Part shown: positions 17,101 through 24,100 of the stretch, piece by piece
Layout: the number at the start of each line of letters is the position of its first letter
How positions within the stretch are numbered: position 1 is the stretch's first letter
DNA from: a virus
Virus record (IMG/VR): IMGVR_UViG_3300020048_000039
Coordinates: 64,314 to 128,313 of that record
DNA length: 64,000 nucleotides
Strand: one strand, 5' to 3'
Notes under the pieces: generated by a model
What the model was told of the DNA's origin: nothing
What the model saw: the letters and a program-made list of their open reading frames with translations, nothing else
Databases searched by the model: none
Translations under genes and position numbers: made by a program

Positions 17101-20100
17101 TATGGAGCAGGGTATTGGGAAAGTTTTCCATCGTATGAAGAAGCATATCCAGAATTTCAGAAATTTATTGATAGAGCTAAAGCAAAGAACCCAAGCATTA
17201 ATTTCATTAATGCAAATATCGTCTATTATGAGGGTAATGGTTCTAAAAATATAAAAGAATATAATAATTTTGATAATGGTGTTGACGGTTTGGAAAATAG
17301 TAGTACCTTTGCAGCCGAAATCCCTGTAAATACCAGTACTGAAATGATGACTGAAAATAAATTAATGTCTTTAAATGATTTACCATTCAAAGCGGATGTT
17401 GAAGCAATGGGGGGTAGTATTCATGCAGTGGGAGGAAGCGTGCGTGATTCATTCTTAGGTAAAGATTCGAAGGATTTGGATGTTCTTATTACTGGTGTTC
17501 CGCTTGATGACTTAGAAAGAATCGTTTCTAAATATGGTCGTGTTGACTCAGTTGGAAAATCGTTTGGTGTACTTAAGTTCATGCCAAATGGTGTAGATTT
17601 AGATGAACCTATTGACATTGCGATTCCAAGGACAGAGAAAATGACTGCTGGTGGTGGTCATAAAGACTTTGACGTAACTTCAGACCATACGTTACCGATT
17701 GAAAGGGATTTAGAACGTAGAGACATTACCATCAATGCAATTGCAAAAGATGCTAACGGTAATATTATTGACCCGTATGGTGGACAGGAAGACCTTAAGA
17801 ATAAAATAATCCGTGCAGTTAATCCACAGGCATTTAGTGATGACCCGCTTCGTATGCTCAGGTGTGTGGGATTTGCAAGTCGTTTTGGCTTTACTATTGA
17901 GCCAACTACAATGAAAATGATTCAGGACACTGCTGATAGAATTTCAGGTATTGCTACTGAAAGATTGTTAATTGAGTTTGATAAAATAATTAAAAAAGGT
18001 AACATTAGACTTGGTGTACAATTATTGAAGGATACTGGCTTATTTAAACATATCTTTGGATTTGACATACAGCAATCAACGATTGATAGAAGTCCGTTTG
18101 AAGAAGTACGTACAATGGGTGAATTTCTATACCTGTTAATACGTTTATCACCAAATCCTGCTGAATTTTACTTGGGTAAGTTTGCAACGGAAGATGCAAA
18201 ACGTGATAAGATATACAAAGAAATTAAGGCATTGGATATTGGTTTGAGTAATCAAAACGATAATCCAATTGCGTTAAGGTCTATTGCACATAACATGTAC
18301 ACGATTGCACCAGAATCTTTAGGTAGTGAAATATTACCAGAAGCACTTGAAATAGCTGCACAGGAATTGTTATCAGGTAAATATCCAAAGACTGTTGGAG
18401 AATTAGCTGTTAATGGAAATGATTTACTTGCAGCAGGTTTGAAGGGTAAAGAGATTGGTGATGCGCAGAGAAAAATGTTATTGAAAATATATTCAGATAA
18501 ACTTCCTAATGATAAGGATTCATTGTTAGCATTATTGGGTAATAATGATTTGGATGAAGCTAATTTAAAGAAAGCAGCAGAAATGGTGCGAAAATATACC
18601 GTAGATGAAAAAAAGGAAGATTTTGATGAAGGTGTTGGTGATAAGTACGCAGAAAGAAAATTTGGTATACCTGATGCTGGTGCTGAGTTTGATACACTAT
18701 ATAGGCAAGCAAAGGCTGTTAGTGGTGAAAAACCAGTGGCATATGTTAATGGTTTTAACACCAAGACGAATGCTAAAGAGCAATCACCAATTTTCTTGAA
18801 TCCAAAATCATTAAACGGATTTGATAATGCAGTACGAGCAATTTCAGATGAAAGTGGTAATTTATATGTGGCGCAAAAGAATTATGGATTTACTCATGGT
18901 GATATATCAGTAGCATTGGGATTTTTTAGAAGTAACTATCAAATATTCGAAAGCTACGATAGATATACAACGTATCATAGAGTAGATGCAATGCCAGCGT
19001 TTGGAATTTCACCAACAAATGAACAATATTTGAAGAAAGGTAATGAAGAAATTGTTGAGAATTTATTAAATGCTGCACGTCAGAAGAATCCACAATATGA
19101 TTTTACGACAGATTACTTTGAGTATGTGAGTGGTAAATACAATGATGAAGTTGGCGTTGATGAAGGTGTTGGAGATAAGTATGCTGAAAAACGTTTTGGT
19201 ATTCCTGATGCTGGTGCTGAGTTCGAAAAGAAGTACCAACAAAATAGATTAGTGATTGACGGTAATGAACCATTTGGTTATGTTAGTGATTTTATTGATT
19301 GGAAAGGTAAAACAAGTCCTGAAAAAGTGCCTGTTTACAAAAATCCAAAATCATTAAGAGATTTTGATTATAATGTAAGGGCAATATCTGATACACAGGG
19401 TAATTTATATGTTGCACTTGTTGACGAAGCATTCAATCATGGCGAAATGGCTGCACATATTGGTTTAATGAATGGTGATGATACTATATATGAGAGAATC
19501 ACTGATTTTCTATTACTAAATAGGGTCAAAGATAAGGATGTGTTTGGATTTGCTGATAGTAGTGAAGAAGAATATAATCAAAGTAATGAAGACCGTAAGC
19601 GTGTTACAGAATTGCTTAACATAGTTAAAAGAAGTAATCCACAATTTAAATTCATCCCAAAGTATTATGAAGAAATTACAGGAGATTTAAATGTTGATGA
19701 AAGTCTTGACGAAACAATAAAAGGTGGTAAATATATCATGTATCATGGTAGTAACCATGCATTCAATAAATTCACTGATGAATTTGTTGGTGGTGAAAGC
19801 GCAAACGACCAAGAAGGTGCTGGAATTTATTTCACAACATCTAAGGAAGAAGCTAATAGATATGGCAAATACATATACAAAGTACAGTTGAAACCAAGGA
19901 AGCTAACTAATATTGCAAACAAAAGATTTGTATCGGTAAGTGATATGACCAAGCTAATTAAAATGTCACCAACATGGAAAGATGATGTCCAAAATTGGGA
20001 CGAAAATATCATAAGAGGACTTGCAATTGCAATAAAAAGCATAATGGAATATTCTGACAATGAAAAAGATTTATTCCAACAGATTGAGCATGACTTCTTT

Positions 20101-20649
20101 AGGTATCAACCGAGATTATATGTTCAAGGAATGACAAAATTGGGTTATGATGGTCAGCTAATTGATAAGGATTATGAGGGTATTGTGCATATCATTGTTT
20201 ACAACCCTGAGATTATCACAATTCTCGAAAGTAATGTTGAAAATACCGAACCAATAAATGAAGAAGAAATGAGTAATATTGCTTATAGTGCTGTTGTGCT
20301 TGATAATGTATCACATCAGAAATTAGTTAAAGTGTTTAAACCTATGATTCCAAAGGATTGGGAAATTCTTGCACATCACATGACATTAAACTTAGGTGGT
20401 ATCGACCCTAAGTTTGAACAGGATTTGGGTCGTGACATTGAATTAAGTGTTGTCGATTATGCTATGGATGATAAAGTAATGGCTGTGGGCGTTGAAGGTT
20501 ATCCAACCAACAACAAGAAAGCACATATTACTATTGCCGTGAATAGAACTGTTGGTGGTAAACCTATGATGTCAAATGATTTAAGTGATTGGAAACCAAT
20601 CGAATTTCCATTACAAATAGATGGAACAATAACTGAAATAGAAAGATGA
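14149..20649 (+). CDS. 2166-aa modular polyvalent protein/polyprotein: repeated unknown domains, CCA-adding enzyme, ART fold, 2H phosphodiesterase
   Basis: Single uninterrupted ORF; domains recognised by motif and separated by hydrophobic-x-E linkers. Confidence 0.88.
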   Translation: MAIYKIIKPIEELYNNADGNDDILSDIGTTAEVRMGHTITPDNTVNEFGGDSLYSHDDSIGDDEFPAYNNADSSPSIENNLNANSAMYNEDLEYNHVSDATQDTYVIGEEFLGTDKRFEDEFEIFKNPKSIKNLRKDIKGIIDMKTGDFYVANYNMMLHIDLARWLNVKLGFNIPEKWNDLYDGTTYLAVQRRKDSNIFGLSEVYTYEDYNMDDYEIERIISAFEKANQKNPTIEFSLEGIERKTKPEPVDALDERVLSSMAGSSSVEVKQKCRLAGNGNTSTPCNQGDIGNLNIKPLKEAYVNLPYNKTYWGWVSPENQFTQVPELKHAAFIEKRYPDMWDTDKIFDKAFADGWVRVIYEYYPNRYKGTLSLNGGDEERVLHVLKNIFLDSIRWSNTTIYLQFENPNTSRVFNTGDSEGKAELANYLGGLNEINEESLGVIDYEDVELNNPIEMFKNPKSLRNLKPSIRGIIDAETGDLYAANTSNYFHNMLIKWLNQNVGTHYTDNYNLIYKSPDELIPVQRDQNTNVFKLGEMYPTNLDKEMEGRREMLAKIKNGLALAKQKNPSIEFIPQTIDSIEMHEQLNEEIDASEAYRDEDGLQTILDGKRNVGGYVTYNRKNVIQMLEDTGLNILPLSDNPYGLVIVFNDKGRENAMRLWKFAISKGGYFQDSTPDEARFIGKMLEYTDTSIETYVNRIYDENSQRRKQSLNEDFDDNKYVAVVTPDMQLIKGTTHNAIFKQLFPDIEGYAEKYDHAFENGYVRVIWNENEYQGQPIIHASFEGNKANLIAALKRFYYKEIITNRSSVNIDIFETGKSLGFILPEQKQAFSAFMSGLTEDIEEGVGDKYVERKYHMQPEFDDFEQLYRNKLSTEGHDEVVYDDTNKGGTLRIIKNPKSLNSVGADVRGVIDREGNFYTEQRVSGKVHVAILGVLEDLDLIPEDWDWGEHLPTDFITVQRSKDENAILLSEKTEMMTPPEERDPEYYGAGYWESFPSYEEAYPEFQKFIDRAKAKNPSINFINANIVYYEGNGSKNIKEYNNFDNGVDGLENSSTFAAEIPVNTSTEMMTENKLMSLNDLPFKADVEAMGGSIHAVGGSVRDSFLGKDSKDLDVLITGVPLDDLERIVSKYGRVDSVGKSFGVLKFMPNGVDLDEPIDIAIPRTEKMTAGGGHKDFDVTSDHTLPIERDLERRDITINAIAKDANGNIIDPYGGQEDLKNKIIRAVNPQAFSDDPLRMLRCVGFASRFGFTIEPTTMKMIQDTADRISGIATERLLIEFDKIIKKGNIRLGVQLLKDTGLFKHIFGFDIQQSTIDRSPFEEVRTMGEFLYLLIRLSPNPAEFYLGKFATEDAKRDKIYKEIKALDIGLSNQNDNPIALRSIAHNMYTIAPESLGSEILPEALEIAAQELLSGKYPKTVGELAVNGNDLLAAGLKGKEIGDAQRKMLLKIYSDKLPNDKDSLLALLGNNDLDEANLKKAAEMVRKYTVDEKKEDFDEGVGDKYAERKFGIPDAGAEFDTLYRQAKAVSGEKPVAYVNGFNTKTNAKEQSPIFLNPKSLNGFDNAVRAISDESGNLYVAQKNYGFTHGDISVALGFFRSNYQIFESYDRYTTYHRVDAMPAFGISPTNEQYLKKGNEEIVENLLNAARQKNPQYDFTTDYFEYVSGKYNDEVGVDEGVGDKYAEKRFGIPDAGAEFEKKYQQNRLVIDGNEPFGYVSDFIDWKGKTSPEKVPVYKNPKSLRDFDYNVRAISDTQGNLYVALVDEAFNHGEMAAHIGLMNGDDTIYERITDFLLLNRVKDKDVFGFADSSEEEYNQSNEDRKRVTELLNIVKRSNPQFKFIPKYYEEITGDLNVDESLDETIKGGKYIMYHGSNHAFNKFTDEFVGGESANDQEGAGIYFTTSKEEANRYGKYIYKVQLKPRKLTNIANKRFVSVSDMTKLIKMSPTWKDDVQNWDENIIRGLAIAIKSIMEYSDNEKDLFQQIEHDFFRYQPRLYVQGMTKLGYDGQLIDKDYEGIVHIIVYNPEIITILESNVENTEPINEEEMSNIAYSAVVLDNVSHQKLVKVFKPMIPKDWEILAHHMTLNLGGIDPKFEQDLGRDIELSVVDYAMDDKVMAVGVEGYPTNNKKAHITIAVNRTVGGKPMMSNDLSDWKPIEFPLQIDGTITEIER
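17356..18558 (+). other. cca: class II tRNA nucleotidyltransferase (CCA-adding/PAP family) domain in the polyprotein
   Basis: AVGGSVRD..LG...KDLD; ERRDITINAIA; DPYGG..DL...IIRAV; FSDDPLRMLR...FASRFGF; ERL..EF; C-terminal LAVNGNDL...GKEIG. No HD domain. Confidence 0.88.
19714..20268 (+). other. ADP-ribosyltransferase-fold domain (polyvalent-protein type) in the polyprotein
   Basis: MYHGS...GAGIYFTTS..EA.RYG..IYKV.L...LGYDG..I...HIIVYNP. Confidence 0.7.
20269..20649 (+). other. 2H phosphodiesterase domain (tRNA-ligase CPDase-like) at the polyprotein C-terminus
   Basis: YSAVVLD, then two HxT motifs (AHHMTL at about 20371, AHITIA at 20521), then GGKPMMSN. Confidence 0.8.
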
Positions 20650-20690
20650 CAAAAATTAAAAGATTAATAGCATTTGACTTTATGTTATAA
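20646..20690 (+). pseudogene. 14-codon relic duplicating the N-terminus of the downstream HAD gene
   Basis: ATGA overlap with the polyprotein stop; encodes MTKIKRLIAFDFML* versus the downstream MTTDNKIKRLQVFDFDGT. Confidence 0.5.
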
Positions 20691-20705
20691 TTTTTCATAA
20701 TTTTG
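20673..20705 (+). promoter_or_regulatory. Bacteroidota sigma-A-type promoter
   Basis: TTTG at 20673-20676, 21-nt spacer, TAATTTTG at 20698-20705. Confidence 0.55.
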
Positions 20706-20739
20706 TTGTTTTATAAAAAAAAACTAAAAGTTTTGTGAA

Positions 20740-21657
20740 ATGACTACGGATAATAAAATAAAGAGACTCCAAGTTTTTGATTTTGATGGCACATTAGCCA
20801 ATAGCCCAATGCCAGAAGATGGAAAAAAGAAATGGGGAGAGTTTCATGGTAAACCTTTTCCACATAAAGGATGGTGGGGTAGACCAGAAAGTTTAGACTT
20901 AGGTGTGTTTGACATTAAAATGTTTCCAAGCGTGCTTAATCAGTTGAAGCGTGAAGTTTCAACGCCTGATACGTATGTGATTATTCTCACATCACGTATG
21001 GAAAAACTACGTCCACAACTCAAAGCAGTTCTGGATGCAAACGCTGTTCATGTCAACGCACTTGATATGAAGCACAATGAATTAACGAAAGGTGAAAAAA
21101 TCTTGCGTTATATCGACCATTTACCTGACTTGGAAGAAGTAAGTGTTTATGACGATAGGGAAGGTGACATTGCATCTTATCAGGCAATAAGAAACAGAAT
21201 ACCAGAAGGTATTTCTTTTAATATTTATTTGGCTGATAGTGGTAAGTTTGGATTAGTTGAAGTGGAAAATAATGATAAGCTAACACATATTATTATGGAA
21301 GAAATTATAAACTTTGCTGATAGTGGTGAAATTTATCATGGGACACATGTTGGTGCAGCCATTAGTATTCAGCGTAATGGTGGAATGAAACTCAACACCG
21401 AACCATATATTTCTTTCACAAGTAAACCAAGTGTTGCAAAGTATTATGCTGAAATGAAAGGTGGTAGGGATAGGGGGATTATTTTGAGAACACAATTAAC
21501 CAACGATTTTAAACAATCACCAAAATTTGATAAAAAGGATGGTTATGAGTGGATAACAACACGTGAAATCCCATCAAGTGAGTTAGAGGTTATGACTTCA
21601 CAAGGCTGGATTCCATTAAATAAATGGGACTTTATTGATAAAGAAATTAAGACATGA
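20740..21657 (+). CDS. HAD phosphatase (Swiss-army-knife RNA-repair-like) fused to an ART-fold domain
   Basis: VFDFDGT, IILTSR, TKGEK, VYDDREGD; after the IIMEE linker, IYHGT...YISFTSKPSVAKYYA...GIILR...YEW. Confidence 0.78.
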   Translation: MTTDNKIKRLQVFDFDGTLANSPMPEDGKKKWGEFHGKPFPHKGWWGRPESLDLGVFDIKMFPSVLNQLKREVSTPDTYVIILTSRMEKLRPQLKAVLDANAVHVNALDMKHNELTKGEKILRYIDHLPDLEEVSVYDDREGDIASYQAIRNRIPEGISFNIYLADSGKFGLVEVENNDKLTHIIMEEIINFADSGEIYHGTHVGAAISIQRNGGMKLNTEPYISFTSKPSVAKYYAEMKGGRDRGIILRTQLTNDFKQSPKFDKKDGYEWITTREIPSSELEVMTSQGWIPLNKWDFIDKEIKT

Positions 21658-22025
21658 GAAAAATTTTAATTGCAGAGGACAATGAAATGAATTACAATCT
21701 ATTTTTATTAATGTTAAAGGACATTTTGAATATTATCATACTTCATGCTAATGATGGTAACGAAGCCATTGAACTCTGTGATTTAAATCCAGATATTTCG
21801 TTGGTATTAATGGATATTAACATGCCTAATATGAATGGTGAGGCTGCTGCTGTTGCAATTAAATTATCACACCCTAATATTCCAATTATATCACAAACAG
21901 CATATTCGATTACTGGAATGGTTAGTGAAGAAAATAGGTGGTGCTTCGAAGATTTTATTTCGAAGCCGATTGATAGTTCTTATTTAAAAAAACTTGTTAA
22001 GAAATATTGTCCAGATGAAAAATAA
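21654..22025 (+). CDS. single-domain response regulator receiver (CheY-like)
   Basis: ILIAEDN, LVLMDINMPNMNG, IPIISQTAY, FISKP; all five canonical receiver residues present. Confidence 0.9.
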   Translation: MRKILIAEDNEMNYNLFLLMLKDILNIIILHANDGNEAIELCDLNPDISLVLMDINMPNMNGEAAAVAIKLSHPNIPIISQTAYSITGMVSEENRWCFEDFISKPIDSSYLKKLVKKYCPDEK

Positions 22026-22032
22026 AACAACT

Positions 22033-22041
22033 GTATTTATA
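22033..22041 (+). promoter_or_regulatory. GTATTTAT motif
   Basis: Intergenic, before GTG 22056. Confidence 0.55.
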
Positions 22042-22055
22042 ATAAAAGAATTACT

Positions 22056-22790
22056 GTGGGAAAGAAATCAACAAAAGAAGAGTTTATTAAAAATGCTGTG
22101 AATATACATGGCAATAAATTTGACTATTCTAAAGTTGAATATATTGGTAATAAATCAAAAGTTATTATTAGTTGTCCACAACATGGTGAATTTTTACAGA
22201 GACCTAATGACCATTTAAGTGGATATGGGTGTAAAAAATGCCAATACTTTAAGACATCGAAAGAAAATAAATTTACTAATGATGAATTTATTGGTAAGGC
22301 AAGTAAATTACATAATAATAAATTCGATTATTCTTTAGTTGTATACGATGGATATGAAAAAAAAATAAAAATTATATGTAAAAAACATGGAATTTTTGAA
22401 CAAACTCCACATAGTCATTGGAGTGGCGCAGGTTGTCCTTCATGCTCCGAATCTCGTGGCGAAAAGAAAGTTGCAGAAATTCTAACTGAAAATAATATTA
22501 AATTTGTCAGAGAATTAACTTTTAGCGATTTAAAAGATAAATCTAACTTATTTTATGATTTTTATTTACCAGAACACAAATTATTTATTGAATATCATGG
22601 AATACAGCATTGTCGAAGCGTTGATTTTTTTGGTGGAAAGAAAGGATTGGTTGAGACAAGAAAACGTGACATAATCAAATATAAATATGCGATAAATAAC
22701 GGTTATAAGATAATCTGGATATTTAATATTCCACCAAATAATTTAAATGAAATATTAACAAAGAAATTGAAAGAAATATCAATAATATGA
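22056..22790 (+). CDS. Zn-ribbon repeat + PD-(D/E)XK homing-endonuclease-like protein (2 repeats)
   Basis: Paralogous to 10518-11450; CPQHG...HLSGYGC..C; FYDFYLPEH..FIEYHG.QH. Confidence 0.78.
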   Translation: MGKKSTKEEFIKNAVNIHGNKFDYSKVEYIGNKSKVIISCPQHGEFLQRPNDHLSGYGCKKCQYFKTSKENKFTNDEFIGKASKLHNNKFDYSLVVYDGYEKKIKIICKKHGIFEQTPHSHWSGAGCPSCSESRGEKKVAEILTENNIKFVRELTFSDLKDKSNLFYDFYLPEHKLFIEYHGIQHCRSVDFFGGKKGLVETRKRDIIKYKYAINNGYKIIWIFNIPPNNLNEILTKKLKEISII

Positions 22791-23593
22791 GTAAAGTATC
22801 GCCAAAATATTTACCACAAATAATAGCACCAATTGACGTAGTTTTAGAAAAGCTTAGAGAAATTGATTGTGATTATGAGTATATTCAAATAAATCCAGAT
22901 GAATTGAAGGCATCACAACCATTTACATTGTCTGATGATGTATATAATGCAGTAAATGATGATATGAACCCAATTTGGATTGATATTGATTCGAACATTA
23001 TTGATGGACATCATTCTTGGGTTAAATCATTGCATACCAATAAGCCAGTGATTGCAATTAAGTTAAGCTTAAATTTTATGGATGCTTGTAGAGTCTTAAA
23101 TAAGATTGAAGACATTTATGAATATGAAGAGTCTCGTCTAATGGAAGAAGAAGCACAAGGAGCAATAAACTATTATGGCAGTGACGAAAACCAATTTTTA
23201 AATGATTTAGAAGAAGATAATGCCAAAGTTCAATCGGAAACTCCAAGTCAAAACGAACAAACAATAATTGCATATCGAAAAGAACCAGTTAAGGAAAATT
23301 CAGTTGTTGGAAATTTTTTCTCACTTAAACCAATTGAAGGTTATAATAAATATGAAATAGAATTTAGTAATCTTCTTGACACACATGTATTGGGAATGAC
23401 ATATAAAGACGGTCAACAACCAGCAGAAATACTTGCAAAGATATGGTTTCCACACGTTAATTTCGAAAAACTAAGCGAACAATATAACATGCCGTCCATC
23501 AACTTAAAAAACAAGGCAATTGCTGAGAAAGCAATGAAAATTGGATATGATGGTATTAAATATGGCGATACATTAATACAAGGATTTAAATAA
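22787..23593 (+). CDS. ParB/Srx-like N-terminal domain + degenerate ART-like C-terminal domain
   Basis: PIWID...IIDGHH; LMEEE linker; IIAYR...GNFFS...AMKIGYDGIKY. Confidence 0.5.
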   Translation: MSKVSPKYLPQIIAPIDVVLEKLREIDCDYEYIQINPDELKASQPFTLSDDVYNAVNDDMNPIWIDIDSNIIDGHHSWVKSLHTNKPVIAIKLSLNFMDACRVLNKIEDIYEYEESRLMEEEAQGAINYYGSDENQFLNDLEEDNAKVQSETPSQNEQTIIAYRKEPVKENSVVGNFFSLKPIEGYNKYEIEFSNLLDTHVLGMTYKDGQQPAEILAKIWFPHVNFEKLSEQYNMPSINLKNKAIAEKAMKIGYDGIKYGDTLIQGFK

Positions 23594-23601
23594 TTTAAAC
23601 T

Positions 23602-23955
23602 ATGAGCACATTTAAAATTACAAACATAACCAATACGATTGGTAAACGTGAACCTAAATATAATTCTGTTTTAACAATAGAATATATCGATAAGATGATG
23701 AAGAAACATATCACAATTAAAGCAGGTGATACTATTTTCTTAACATTACCTTCTTTACCTATATCCGCACATAGTCTTAGGGTAAAGAACTTAATTACCG
23801 TTTCCGAAGTAAGTAGTGATGAATTAGCTGCTGCAATCCACGTTACCCCACCAAAGGTCGAAGCAAAGCCAATTACTAAAGAAGTTAAAGTTGATGTTGT
23901 CGAAGTAAAAGAACAAAAAAAAATAGTCGTGAAAAAGGAAAAAGAAGAAGTGTAA
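23602..23955 (+). CDS. hypothetical protein
   Basis: 117-aa ORF followed by a terminator. Confidence 0.65.
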   Translation: MSTFKITNITNTIGKREPKYNSVLTIEYIDKMMKKHITIKAGDTIFLTLPSLPISAHSLRVKNLITVSEVSSDELAAAIHVTPPKVEAKPITKEVKVDVVEVKEQKKIVVKKEKEEV

Positions 23956-23984
23956 TTACCTGATTATCATTTAGTAATATGATT

Positions 23985-24010
23985 AAAGCCAGTATTGTAC
24001 TGGCTTTTTT
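23985..24010 (+). terminator. intrinsic terminator
   Basis: aaagccagta-ttg-tactggcttt plus a T-run. Confidence 0.8.
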
Positions 24011-24052
24011 ACTTTTATTTCATCAGGGATTCAAGATTTTACTCAGTTTTGC

Positions 24053-24061
24053 GTATTTATA
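24053..24061 (+). promoter_or_regulatory. GTATTTAT motif
   Basis: Between the terminator and ATG 24101. Confidence 0.6.
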
Positions 24062-24100
24062 ATAAATTACATAAATTTATAAATTTTTATAAGCAGAAAT

